A stretch of DNA of 64,000 nucleotides from an uncultured Bacteroidales bacterium (GTDB lineage: Bacteria > Bacteroidota > Bacteroidia > Bacteroidales > P3), in assembly GCA_947167075.1 (NCBI GenBank), contig CAMVGR010000004.1, positions 73,597 to 137,596 of the forward strand, given 5' to 3'. The position numbers were made by a program, and so were the translations under genes. The notes under the pieces were generated by a model that ran no database searches, was not told the DNA's origin, and saw only the letters and a list, made by a program, of their open reading frames with translations. Shown here piece after piece: positions 28,078-37,704 of this stretch (positions are counted from its first letter, which is position 1; each line of letters begins with the position of its first letter).

Positions 28078-29168
28078 ACTCATTCGATGATATCCGACCA
28101 TATTCGAACTCCGAAATCCATAATGCTCTGCAGCGTATTGTGGCGTGGCCGGCGCTGCCCGAGGTGATACGCTTTGTCTACCCTGACGAGGAAGTAGACT
28201 CGGTCTGCGAAAGATTGCTGAAGATCGACAGTGTGTCCGAATTGCAACGCACGGTAATGAACGATGCCATCCGTCGAATAATCGTGTCCACCACAGATGG
28301 TTTCACATGCGACGGACTGCAACATCTCGACCGCTCCACCCCCTACTTATTCATTTCCAACCATCGCGACATTGTCCTCGATGCCTTCCTGTTGCAGCAT
28401 GTGCTGGTAGAAAGCGGATTTGATACCTCGCACATCGTCTTTGGGCAGAATCTCATCTCGTCGCCCGTCATGAACGACATGTTCCGCTGCAACAAGCTGA
28501 TCCGTATGGAACGGGGAGGAACGCCGCGTGCTTTCTACGATAGCCTGTCGCACCTTTCGAAATATCTCAACCTCCTGATTCATGAAGAGCACCAGTCGGT
28601 GTGGATAGCCCAAAAGAACGGTCGTGCAAAGGATGGAGTCGACAAGACGGCTCCTGCTATGCTCAAAATGCTGTGCCTTGGAGGCAGTGGCGATGCATTG
28701 CATGTCCTCGCCGAGATGCACCCCGTACCCTTGAGCGTCAGCTACGAGTGGGATCCGTGCGATGCCATGAAAGCCAGCGAAATGTACCAAAGTTCGCTCG
28801 GCGAATACCATAAGGCACCGGACGAGGACTTCCGTTCGGTTTTGACAGGCATTACAGGGTATAAAGGCCATGTCCACCTGCAAATCGGAACGCCGCTGTC
28901 GATAAGCGAGTTGCAGCCCCAAAGCGATTGTGACCTGTTCGACCATGTGGCCCATGTGCTGGACAACCGCATACAGCACAGCTACCGCCTCCACCCGTCA
29001 AACTATGCTGCTTACAACATCCTTACCGGCCAAAAATCTGTCGATAGCAACACAGAGAAGGCCGAGGACCTACTGCGGCATCGAGTCGAGAAGCTCCCCG
29101 TCCCCGAAATGAAACATTACATGCTGGAGGCCTATGCAGCCCCCGTAAAGGCTGTTTCGGTAGAGTAG
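28074..29168 (+). CDS. PlsC/LPLAT-like acyltransferase
   Basis: I take the start at MNSFDDIRPY (ATG 28074), which forms an ATGA overlap with the gpsA stop. It has an acyltransferase-like block (FISNHRDIVLDAF), and coupling to gpsA fits lipid synthesis. The exact substrate is unknown. Confidence 0.55.
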   Translation: MNSFDDIRPYSNSEIHNALQRIVAWPALPEVIRFVYPDEEVDSVCERLLKIDSVSELQRTVMNDAIRRIIVSTTDGFTCDGLQHLDRSTPYLFISNHRDIVLDAFLLQHVLVESGFDTSHIVFGQNLISSPVMNDMFRCNKLIRMERGGTPRAFYDSLSHLSKYLNLLIHEEHQSVWIAQKNGRAKDGVDKTAPAMLKMLCLGGSGDALHVLAEMHPVPLSVSYEWDPCDAMKASEMYQSSLGEYHKAPDEDFRSVLTGITGYKGHVHLQIGTPLSISELQPQSDCDLFDHVAHVLDNRIQHSYRLHPSNYAAYNILTGQKSVDSNTEKAEDLLRHRVEKLPVPEMKHYMLEAYAAPVKAVSVE

Positions 29169-29260
29169 AGCACAAGTAAATCAGCTGTTTGCGACCTCCC
29201 TATCGGCTTATTTGTCCTTCACTGGCCCCTCATTGCAAGGTGAATGATACGTAGTTTCAC

Positions 29261-29315
29261 GGTGCATGTACGGTGCATGTACGGTGCATGTACGGTTGAA
29301 GTACGGTGTTGGTAC
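29261..29315 (+). repeat. 11-bp phased tandem array, copy C (3 perfect GGTGCATGTAC units plus GGTTGAAGTAC, GGTGTTGGTAC)
   Basis: Read directly. It lies in the convergent intergenic region between the acyltransferase and helicase genes. Confidence 0.95.
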
Positions 29316-29446
29316 GTACAGATGCCTGATTTATAGCTCAATAGGTATTGAACAATGCACTATCTGATTGATAGAATGGGTGTTGTGAAATGCGAATAAA
29401 TGCACTTGCAACAGTAGCATGACCGTAGGTATTGATAGGGTAGGGG

Positions 29447-30880
29447 TCAGTCTTTCCAAAACTGGGTGTCGAATCCCAGCAGATATATTCGCTCGGTGGC
29501 ACGAGTAAAGGCGGTGTATAACCAACGAAGGTAGTCGCGGTCGAACACCATGTCGGGCGGCATGAATCCAGCATCAATAATCACCGTTGGCCACTGTCCA
29601 CCCTGTGTTTTGTGGCATGTGAGGGCATAGCTGAACTTCACCTGCAGGGCGTTGTAGTAGGGGTTCTGTCGCAATTCGCGCATGCGATCCGACTTGTTAG
29701 GCAGGTCGGCATAGTCCTCCATCACTGTTGTGTAGAGGCGTTCCTGTTCGTCGGCTGTAAGCGATGGCGATTCGCTGTAGAGTGTGGAGAGCATGATTTT
29801 GCAGTCGTGCGTCTGTTCGTCGGGATAGTCGACGAAGCGTAGCGTGGCATCAGCAAAACGAAACCCGTAGATTTCCTGTATGTTGCGCACGCTGAGCACT
29901 TCGATTATATCGCCGTTGGCGATGAAACCGATGCTGCTATCCTGGTCTAGCCAGAAGTAGTTGTTCTTCACCACCATCAGATAGTCGCCGGCATTGACCT
30001 CCTCTTCGCGGAAAAGCACGCTGGCACGTATGCCTTGATTGTAGAGGTTGGCCCGCTTGTTGCTCCGAGTTATTACCACCACATCCTCGAGATTGGCACT
30101 GTCGTATTCGCGATTGAGGGTGTCCATCAGTTCGGTAGCGGGCAGGTTCACCACGTCAGAGGCGGTGGAAAACAGAGGCAGCGAAGCCTCGTCGTGGGGC
30201 ATCATGTCGGCGATAAAGCTGCGAAGCGAGGTGGCGTTGTCGAGGATGCCGGAGTGTTTCTGCTGTCGCACCACTTCGGTCAGTTCGCCGTCGGATACAT
30301 TCAGTGCATATACCGACTTCAGATACCGTGCGTCTAGGGCAGGGCTTTCGCTTTGTCCAACAGGGGGTAGCTGCGCTGTGTCGCCAATCAGCATCAAGCG
30401 GCAGTGGTTTCCGTCGTACACGTAATCGATCAGATCTTCGAGCAGACTATGCTGTGAGCCGGTGGGCTCTACTCCGATCATCGATGCTTCGTCGACGATA
30501 AAGAGGGTGTGGGTGTATTTATTGATGGCACGCACCATGTGCAGCTGACCGCTAGCGTCGGTGGCGGTCATGTAGATTTTCTTGTGGATTGTGAACGCCT
30601 GACGTTTGGAATAGCTGCTAAGCACTTTTGCTGCCCGCCCTGTGGGGGCCAGTAGCACACAGTTCACACGCATGGCCGGCAGCGATTGTATCAGAGCCGA
30701 CACCAGCGATGTCTTGCCGGTGCCTGCATAGCCACGCAAAAGAAAGGCAGATCGTGGGTCGCTATCGAAGAGGAACTTCGACATAGCAACACACACTTCC
30801 CTCTGCCCATCGGTGGGCAAATGAGGGAAGTGCGATAGAATGAGTCTGGCGGCTGCCTGCTCTACACCAGAGATGGCCAC
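29447..30880 (-). CDS. RecD/Pif1-like superfamily 1 DNA helicase
   Basis: Walker A (GYAGTGKTSLV), DEASM (Walker B) and a UvrD-like C-terminal motif (ALTCHKTQGGQWPTVII). 477 aa. Confidence 0.8.
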   Translation of the reverse strand: MAISGVEQAAARLILSHFPHLPTDGQREVCVAMSKFLFDSDPRSAFLLRGYAGTGKTSLVSALIQSLPAMRVNCVLLAPTGRAAKVLSSYSKRQAFTIHKKIYMTATDASGQLHMVRAINKYTHTLFIVDEASMIGVEPTGSQHSLLEDLIDYVYDGNHCRLMLIGDTAQLPPVGQSESPALDARYLKSVYALNVSDGELTEVVRQQKHSGILDNATSLRSFIADMMPHDEASLPLFSTASDVVNLPATELMDTLNREYDSANLEDVVVITRSNKRANLYNQGIRASVLFREEEVNAGDYLMVVKNNYFWLDQDSSIGFIANGDIIEVLSVRNIQEIYGFRFADATLRFVDYPDEQTHDCKIMLSTLYSESPSLTADEQERLYTTVMEDYADLPNKSDRMRELRQNPYYNALQVKFSYALTCHKTQGGQWPTVIIDAGFMPPDMVFDRDYLRWLYTAFTRATERIYLLGFDTQFWKD

Positions 30881-30882
30881 GA

Positions 30883-31209
30883 CTACTGTTGGTCAGCACC
30901 AGGGGTGGCCACAGGGCTGGCATTTTGCACAGGGCTCAAATCGCCGGCAGTGGTCAGTTCGGTGTTGATGGCATCTTCAGCATGATGCTTGGGAATGGAT
31001 ACCGTGGCGACGAGGCAGAGAACCACTAGGATGGCGGCAAGCCACCATGTGGCTTTCTCGATGAAGTCTGCCGACTGGCGTGCACCCAATACCTGTGTGG
31101 GAGCCGAGAAGTTGGCAGCCAATCCACCACCTTTGCTGTTCTGTACCAATACCACAAGTGCCAGCAGCACGCATACAATCAGAATCAAGATTACGATAAA
31201 TGTGTACAT
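30883..31209 (-). CDS. secG: Preprotein translocase subunit SecG
   Basis: 108 aa with two TM segments and the LVQNSKGGGL motif. Confidence 0.85.
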   Translation of the reverse strand: MYTFIVILILIVCVLLALVVLVQNSKGGGLAANFSAPTQVLGARQSADFIEKATWWLAAILVVLCLVATVSIPKHHAEDAINTELTTAGDLSPVQNASPVATPGADQQ

Positions 31210-31236
31210 GTATCTTTTATTGTTTTTGTTTTTGCT

Positions 31237-31830
31237 TTACTTTTTATTTGCTTCTATTAGAGAGCGCAGACGCTCGATTCGGGTTGCAAAAATACTAATT
31301 TTTTCGGGATTGCGTGCCAAAAGATTCTCGTAAACGGATATGGCTTTGTCGTATTTGCCCTGTTTCTCTAGTATAACTGCAAGTGTTTCAGTACCCAACA
31401 GCGAGTCGGTTGCTAGGCTTTTTTTCTCGCGTGTCTCTGCCGGTTTGGGCTCTTCTTGCGACAAATCTTCCTCATCGGTAGTGGCAATTTTCAAGAAGTT
31501 GGATAAAATCACACTCTTGGGGGCAGTTTTAAACGATACTTCTTGGAAAGTGTTGATTTCGTTCAATATGTCGAAACTCTGTGGTTCTGCCACAGCTTGT
31601 TTTACATCGTTGAGAAGAGTGGTGAGCCCATTGGAGTTGCACATGGTCAGCGACACAGCCCGTCGTTGGGTAGGCGTGTCGAAGCCATAAGCGTGGTCGG
31701 CCAGCAACGCCAGCACATTGACTACCGACGAATGCGGGTACTTGGACAGCATGGCACGCAGCCAGCCCCGTTCCTGTGGACTGAACTGGGTGGGATGTAC
31801 CACTTTGTTATTAAATTCCTTTTTATCCAT
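31237..31830 (-). CDS. Hypothetical protein with a C-terminal TPR-like motif
   Basis: I take the start at MDKKEFNNK (ATG 31830). The minus-strand -7 box at 31885..31892 lies downstream of the ORF-track ATG at 31911, so that start is unlikely. The C-terminus (GKYDKAISVYENLLARNPEK) is TPR-like. Confidence 0.6.
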   Translation of the reverse strand: MDKKEFNNKVVHPTQFSPQERGWLRAMLSKYPHSSVVNVLALLADHAYGFDTPTQRRAVSLTMCNSNGLTTLLNDVKQAVAEPQSFDILNEINTFQEVSFKTAPKSVILSNFLKIATTDEEDLSQEEPKPAETREKKSLATDSLLGTETLAVILEKQGKYDKAISVYENLLARNPEKISIFATRIERLRSLIEANKK

Positions 31831-31884
31831 TCTTAATTCTATTTCACCAATTTTAACACTAGCTTTGTGGATAAAATTGTTTTG

Positions 31885-31892
31885 CAAAGGTA
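31885..31892 (-). promoter_or_regulatory. -7 promoter box (TACCTTTG) for the 31237..31830/secG operon
   Basis: Top strand reads CAAAGGTA, 55 nt upstream of the ATG at 31830. Confidence 0.5.
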
Positions 31893-32018
31893 CATTTTTT
31901 TTTCGATACAAAAAAAATAAAATTATTTTTGCTACTGCATATATGTGTATATCAGCGATTTGTTGTTTTAAAAATAAAACGAAAGAGTTTTTTTTACCTT
32001 CATGTCAGAAAAAATATG

Positions 32019-32026
32019 TACTTTTG
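32019..32026 (+). promoter_or_regulatory. -7 promoter box (TACTTTTG) for rpmH
   Basis: Matches TAnnTTTG, 74 nt upstream of the ATG at 32100. Confidence 0.55.
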
Positions 32027-32099
32027 CACTTCCAAATTTGCCCCGGAGAATGGGCAGAACAACAGTAAAAAAGAAACGAAATTAAAATAATACTATAAA

Positions 32100-32246
32100 A
32101 TGAAGAGAACATTCCAACCCTCGACGAGAAAAAGAGCGAACAAGCACGGTTTCCGCAAGAGAATGTCTACCGCCAATGGTCGGAAAGTGCTTGCTGCCCG
32201 TCGCCGTAAAGGTAGAAAGAGACTGACTGTCTCGGACGAGCTTTAA
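32100..32246 (+). CDS. rpmH: 50S ribosomal protein L34
   Basis: I translated it by hand: [48 protein letters not shown] (48 aa). This is the canonical L34 sequence. It falls below the ORF-track length cut-off. Confidence 0.93.
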   Translation: MKRTFQPSTRKRANKHGFRKRMSTANGRKVLAARRRKGRKRLTVSDEL

Positions 32247-32314
32247 AGTAATTGGGCATCGCTGAGTAAAAGAAGTACCGGAAGATACTTCTTTTTTTCA
32301 TATACAGTAGATTT

Positions 32315-33730
32315 ATGAGCCGTAGAAACAAGGAGTTGCCCCTATTGGAGCATGTGACAATTGCCGACACAGGTGCAGAGGGAATGGCCGTGGCCAGGGT
32401 GGACGGATTGGTTGTCTTTGTGCCTTTCGTTGTGCCTGGCGACGAAGTGGATGTGAAGCTTTATAAGAAAAAGAAGAACTACGCGGAGGGTCGTGCTGTT
32501 AAATTCCATACCCTCTCGCCACTCCGTACCGAACCTTTGTGCCCACATTTTGGCGTGTGTGGAGGGTGTAAGTGGCAGACAATGAAGTACGAAGCACAGC
32601 TGGAGGCTAAGCAGAAGCAAGTACGTGACAATTTGGAACGAATTGGAGGGGTAGACTGCTCGCAGATGCGTCCTATTTTGGGGTCGGAAAATATAAAATA
32701 TTATCGTAATAAGCTGGAATTCACATTCTCGACTCGCTGTTGGCGAGAGAATCCTAACGATGTCCAACCCGAGCAGGGAGCACTAGGTTTCCACATTCCT
32801 CAGATGTTCGATAAGGTGCTGCCGATAAAGTATTGTGCTCTGCAACAAGACCCTAGCAACGACATCAGACTGGCAGTTGAACAATATGCGGCGGAAAATG
32901 GTCTTTCCTATTACGACATTCGAAACCATACGGGCCTGCTTCGCAACCTGGTGATCCGCTGTTCCTCGACGGGCGATTGGATGGTGATCCTTATCGTTGC
33001 GGAAGACAACCCGTCGGAGTATATGCCGCTCTTGGCTATGCTGCACGATAAGTTTCCGCAAATTACTGCTCTCCAATATATTGTCAATGCGAAGTTTAAT
33101 GACTCATACTCTGATCTGACGGTAAATACTTATGCTGGAAACGACTATATAGTCGAACGGATGCACACGCCCGAGGGCCGCGAGTTGCAGTACATAGTCA
33201 ACCCCAAATCGTTTTATCAAACCAATTCGGCACAGGCAGAACGGCTTTATTCTGTGGTGAGCGAGTTTGCAGAGTTGCGCCCGACGGATGTCCTGTACGA
33301 TTTATATACCGGAACGGGAACGATCGCTCTCTTCCTTGCTGACAAGGCAAAGAAGGTCGTAGGCATTGAATACGTGGAGGAAGCCATCGAGGATGCCAAG
33401 CAAAATGCTCGTCGCAATGGATTCGAGAATACAGCTTTCTACGCAGGCGACATGGCAAAGGTGCTTACGCCGGAATTCATCGCCGCAAACGGTCGACCAG
33501 ATGTCGTCGTCACAGATCCTCCACGTGCCGGAATGCATGAGAAAGTAGTGCAGCAACTACTTGCTTCTCAGCCCCGTAGAATAATATATGTCAGTTGCAA
33601 TCCCGCCACCCAAGCACGCGACTTGCAGCTCCTGTCGACCTCATACGACGTGAAGCGGATTCAGCCCGTGGACATGTTCCCCCACACCCAGCATGTAGAA
33701 AACATTGCAGAGTTGGTCCTACGGTCCTAA
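32315..33730 (+). CDS. rlmD: 23S rRNA (uracil-5-)-methyltransferase RlmD/RumA family
   Basis: N-terminal TRAM-like domain, an Fe-S Cys cluster (CPHFGVCGGCKWQ), a SAM-MTase core (DLYTGTGTIAL, DPPRAGM) and a catalytic Cys (YVSCNPAT). Confidence 0.88.
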   Translation: MSRRNKELPLLEHVTIADTGAEGMAVARVDGLVVFVPFVVPGDEVDVKLYKKKKNYAEGRAVKFHTLSPLRTEPLCPHFGVCGGCKWQTMKYEAQLEAKQKQVRDNLERIGGVDCSQMRPILGSENIKYYRNKLEFTFSTRCWRENPNDVQPEQGALGFHIPQMFDKVLPIKYCALQQDPSNDIRLAVEQYAAENGLSYYDIRNHTGLLRNLVIRCSSTGDWMVILIVAEDNPSEYMPLLAMLHDKFPQITALQYIVNAKFNDSYSDLTVNTYAGNDYIVERMHTPEGRELQYIVNPKSFYQTNSAQAERLYSVVSEFAELRPTDVLYDLYTGTGTIALFLADKAKKVVGIEYVEEAIEDAKQNARRNGFENTAFYAGDMAKVLTPEFIAANGRPDVVVTDPPRAGMHEKVVQQLLASQPRRIIYVSCNPATQARDLQLLSTSYDVKRIQPVDMFPHTQHVENIAELVLRS

Positions 33731-33755
33731 AGTAGTTGATTTACTAAGATAGATT

Positions 33756-33787
33756 CACTCCACAGGCAAGATTTGCTTTGTGGAGTG
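33756..33787 (+). terminator. Putative hairpin terminator after rlmD
   Basis: CACTCCACA pairs with TGTGGAGTG (9-bp stem) and is followed by a T-rich stretch. Confidence 0.5.
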
Positions 33788-33916
33788 TTGCTTTATATCC
33801 TGTGTGTCAATCTCTTGGCACACGATAAAACCATTTGTTTTAATTCAACGAAACAGTAGGCAAAAATGCCCTCAAAAGCCACTTTTGCAACATCCTGTAA
33901 ATCAACCATAAAGACC

Positions 33917-33970
33917 TACCATGTCTTACTCAACTCTTACTCATCTCCTACTCATCCATTTACCATCCTT
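33917..33970 (-). repeat. Degenerate 11-bp phased array (copy G)
   Basis: CTTACTCAACT CTTACTCATCT CCTACTCATCC ATTTACCATCC. TAC recurs at spacings of 10, 11, 11 and 12 nt. The reverse complement, AGATGAGTAAG, resembles the GGATGAAGTAC flank unit of copies A and B. Confidence 0.6.
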
Positions 33971-34306
33971 TTATCCTGTAAGAGATGGGTAATTGAAGAG
34001 TACTTTATCGATAGGGAAAAGTAGGTGATTAATCTATCGTTTAGGTATAGATTTTGGAAGAACAGTAGCGTCCAGTCGGCTTTCTGCACGGAGCGTACCT
34101 CCGGCTACAACCTAATGCAAGCGTGCCGATCTAACAGGAGGTTAATAACAAGCCGAACAGGATACGTTTGCAGTCCCCATCCATTCGTCAAGCATCATTG
34201 CCTGTTCGTCGTAGAACTGCCTATGTTCTTTGGGATGATAATGTATTAAAATATTATAAAAGCATTAAATTTTATACAAAATAGTCGTTGTTTGAAAAAA
34301 AAGTCT

Positions 34307-34314
34307 TATCTTTG
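34307..34314 (+). promoter_or_regulatory. -7 promoter box (TATCTTTG) for 34403..36661
   Basis: Matches TAnnTTTG, 89 nt upstream of the ATG at 34403. Confidence 0.55.
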
Positions 34315-34402
34315 CATATTCAACGTAAAGCAAATATTGTCATATTTCTTTACACAAGAATTTAGAATATAAATAGATAGAAAAAAATAAAAATACATAA
34401 GC

Positions 34403-36661
34403 ATGATGAAAAAAGTATTTCTGAGTTTACTGATGGCTCTTGTATGCCTACCAACAGTATTCGCACAGGTCAATGTGGGGCATGTGATTAAAATTGACAG
34501 TGTCACTACCTGTCACGACTATGTGTGGGAACGCAACAACGTCACTTACACCACTGACACGGTGGCGATGTACTCGACTGCCGACACCACTTTTATCCTT
34601 AACTTCACAAAGTTGATGTCGTTCTACGATACGGCCAATGCCATACAGATAGCCGGCGAGTGCAAAGCTAGCTGGGGCGGCAAGTCCTGGACAGAGAGTG
34701 GCACCTTCTACGATACTTTGGAAAGTGTGGATGGATGTGATAGTATTATCCGTTTGGAAGTCGTGATTGCCAGTGCCGATGCCAACCTCGTGGTAGAAGC
34801 TTGTGGCTCATATACAGCTCCGTGGGGCGAAGTGTATACAGAAAGCAAAGAAATCGATACACTCATTGTAAAGCCGAATTGCACCTATCAGAGCACAATC
34901 AGCCTAACCATTCATCCGACCTATGAGATCGACGATGTAATGGTGGAGGCTGGCTGCTACTATGTGTGGGGAGACACCGTCATCACCGACACCGACCCCC
35001 ATACACGTACACTCAAAACAGCTGAGTACCAGTGCGACAGTGTGGTAACACTCACCGTCACAGCTTTCTCTGGCGAGCAGTACGATACCGTGCAGGTCGT
35101 AGCATGCGATAAGTATAAACCAGCATGGACTACAGAGCAGACCACCAGTGGCTACTACAGCACCGACAGCCTCATCACAGTCGGTGGCGAATCCTGTTCG
35201 AAACATTACACTATCGACCTCACCATCGTGGAAAGCAACAACGACACAGCCAATACCACCCCGATAGATGTGACTGCAGGATGCTCCTACATTTGGAACA
35301 AAGACACCATCACCGATACGGATGTACATTATCACCTCTATGAGAGCGTGATTGGAGGTTGCGACAGCCTGGTTGCTATCAAGGTGGCCTACACAAATAA
35401 GACCTACGATACCACACATGTGGAATTCTGTGGCAAGTCGTATAATTGGAAAAACGACAATAGTAAACTGCCCGGCAATGCCTCCAAGTATGTTTACACC
35501 CAAGACACTATTGCCAAAGATTCCGTCACAAACGATGGTTGCACGACAGTGTATGTCCTTGATCTGAAGTTTATCAACAAACATGACACCGTCTACAAAT
35601 ACTATTGTGGAGATAGTTACGAACACAAATTCACCAGATTGACTGCCACCGGCACTCAGAGTGCAACTACCAAGTTCGATGCAAGCGGCTACTACACAGT
35701 TAGCTCGGAAGGCGACACTATGTACGATGTATCCTCTTCAGGCTGCAAGACCGTGCGCACTTTGAACCTCGAGCTGAATATTCCCGAAGTCCGCTACCGC
35801 AAGGATACCACAGTGGCTGAAGCATGCGAGCGCTATCGTTTCAAAGCAGACAATCTCTATGGCAAATGGCTCACCTTCACAGCCAGCTGCGATTCGGATG
35901 TGGTTCATCAACAGCATAGCCAAAACAATAAGGACCAGTGCTACGACTCGGTGGCCCACCTCACCCTGACCATCTATAGTCACACTCGCCAAACCACCAC
36001 TGCTCGTGCTTGCGACAAGTATGTGTGGTCGGTTAACGATACAATAATCGGCACATTCACCGAGACAGGTACCTATCGCGACACACTGGATGCTCCCGAT
36101 ACCAATGGCTGCCTGCAGATTGGTACACTGAACCTCACTATCTTTAAGACACCCGTAGTGGACATCGAAGGCAAGTGGATGCTTGCCCCCGGCGAAAGCA
36201 CTGTCTTAAGAGCTGTTCCTTCAGCAGATAGTGACCCCATCAACGGTGGCTATAAATGGTTCGTCGATGAACAGCAAGTCAGTAACAAGGATTCTGTCGA
36301 ACTTACCAACGTGGTCAAGAATACTGATGTCCGCCTCGAATCTGTTGCTACCCACGGTTCTCTCAAATGCGTCGCTACCAACTGGATTACCGTTACTGCC
36401 AACTTGGGTATCGACGAAGTGGAAGCCCTCCATGTCAATATCTACCCGAATCCTGCCAGCCGTATGATCAACATCGAGAGCGATGAGACCATCAAAGAGG
36501 TGGTTATCTACAGTGCTAATGGTCAGCAGGTGTTTATGACTGAGGCCAATTCCCGTAGCATCCAGGTCAACCTTGAGAATCTTGTCAATGGTACCTATAT
36601 GATGAACATCATTGATGTCAACGGAATGCAGAGCACTCGTAAACTCGTTGTAAGCAAATGA
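34403..36661 (+). CDS. T9SS-secreted protein built from about ten tandem Cys-pair repeat modules
   Basis: Signal peptide (MMKKVFLSLLMALVCLPTVFAQ). Repeated modules of about 60-70 aa follow the pattern C-x2-Y-x-W ... (G)CDS-x3-L-x-L (for example AGCYYVWGDTVITDTD...YQCDSVVTLTVTA and AGCSYIWNKDTITDTD...GGCDSLVAIKVAY). Typical T9SS CTD at the end (NIYPNPASRMINIE...GTYMMNIIDVNG...KLVVSK). Confidence 0.8.
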   Translation: MMKKVFLSLLMALVCLPTVFAQVNVGHVIKIDSVTTCHDYVWERNNVTYTTDTVAMYSTADTTFILNFTKLMSFYDTANAIQIAGECKASWGGKSWTESGTFYDTLESVDGCDSIIRLEVVIASADANLVVEACGSYTAPWGEVYTESKEIDTLIVKPNCTYQSTISLTIHPTYEIDDVMVEAGCYYVWGDTVITDTDPHTRTLKTAEYQCDSVVTLTVTAFSGEQYDTVQVVACDKYKPAWTTEQTTSGYYSTDSLITVGGESCSKHYTIDLTIVESNNDTANTTPIDVTAGCSYIWNKDTITDTDVHYHLYESVIGGCDSLVAIKVAYTNKTYDTTHVEFCGKSYNWKNDNSKLPGNASKYVYTQDTIAKDSVTNDGCTTVYVLDLKFINKHDTVYKYYCGDSYEHKFTRLTATGTQSATTKFDASGYYTVSSEGDTMYDVSSSGCKTVRTLNLELNIPEVRYRKDTTVAEACERYRFKADNLYGKWLTFTASCDSDVVHQQHSQNNKDQCYDSVAHLTLTIYSHTRQTTTARACDKYVWSVNDTIIGTFTETGTYRDTLDAPDTNGCLQIGTLNLTIFKTPVVDIEGKWMLAPGESTVLRAVPSADSDPINGGYKWFVDEQQVSNKDSVELTNVVKNTDVRLESVATHGSLKCVATNWITVTANLGIDEVEALHVNIYPNPASRMINIESDETIKEVVIYSANGQQVFMTEANSRSIQVNLENLVNGTYMMNIIDVNGMQSTRKLVVSK

Positions 36662-37695
36662 TCTCACGAATAATCTTACAAAGCGTTCGGCATCGCCGTG
36701 CCGAACGCTTTTTTTATTTGTCCGCAGTTCTGCTATTGTTGTCCTGTCGGCACACAGAGCCGCCTATACAGATCGCAGGCACGGCCCAGGGTACATACTA
36801 TTCTGTTCAGTATTGTGATAAGGAACACCGAAACCTTCAGCCGCAGATCGACTCCCTGCTCGATGCTTTCGACCAGTCGGTGTCGCTGTGGGTGGATAGT
36901 TCGTTGCTCCGCCAAATCAACTCAGGAAAGACTGATTCGCTGGACGACATTCTGCAAAGTCTGCTGGAAAAGTCGCTCATGATAGAGCAATATACGGATG
37001 GTGCTTTCAACTGCAAGGTGGGGCGACTCGTTCAGTCGTGGGGGTTCAGCTTTTCCAAACGTAGTATTCCGGACAGCCTCTCATTGCAGACGATGCTTGA
37101 TGCAGCCCATGCCGATGTGTCTATTGCCAACCATCGTCTAGTTCGAACCAATTCCAGTACGGAGCTCGACTTTAACGCCATTGCACAGGGATATGCCTCC
37201 GACCTCATTGCACAGATGTTGGAACGGTACGGCATTAGTGATTATCTTGTAGATATTGGAGGCGAAGTGGTGGCACATGGCAAGAAACCGGATGGATCGT
37301 TGTGGCGTGTAGGTATCGAGGAACCCTCTAAAGATTCGTGCAGTGCCCCGATTGTCTATTCGGCCATCCAGCTTAGCGATGCTTCTGTTGTCACTTCGGG
37401 CAGCTACCGAAAGTACTACGAGCGCGACGGACTACGTTTTTCCCACACTATCGACCCCGCTACGGGCCAGCCAGTGCAGCATACGTTGCTCAGTGTGTCC
37501 GTCGTCGAAAAAGAGTGCTGGCTTGCCGATGCCATGGCGACAGCCTATATGGTGATGGGACTGGAGAATGCCAAGGCGTTCATTGCCTCGCATCCACATG
37601 GCCCTGGCACCGATGCTGTCCTCTTTATTTATGACCGAGGTGGTGCTTTAGAATCCTATGCCACTCCGGGTTTCGATAAATTGATCATAAAATAA
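36658..37695 (+). CDS. apbE: FAD:protein FMN transferase ApbE (lipoprotein)
   Basis: Lipobox-like LLLLSC. ApbE motifs DFNAIAQGYA, DIGGEV, SGSYRKY, SHTIDPATGQP. ATGA overlap with the upstream stop. Confidence 0.85.
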   Translation: MISRIILQSVRHRRAERFFYLSAVLLLLSCRHTEPPIQIAGTAQGTYYSVQYCDKEHRNLQPQIDSLLDAFDQSVSLWVDSSLLRQINSGKTDSLDDILQSLLEKSLMIEQYTDGAFNCKVGRLVQSWGFSFSKRSIPDSLSLQTMLDAAHADVSIANHRLVRTNSSTELDFNAIAQGYASDLIAQMLERYGISDYLVDIGGEVVAHGKKPDGSLWRVGIEEPSKDSCSAPIVYSAIQLSDASVVTSGSYRKYYERDGLRFSHTIDPATGQPVQHTLLSVSVVEKECWLADAMATAYMVMGLENAKAFIASHPHGPGTDAVLFIYDRGGALESYATPGFDKLIIK

Positions 37696-37704
37696 TACAT
37701 ATAT

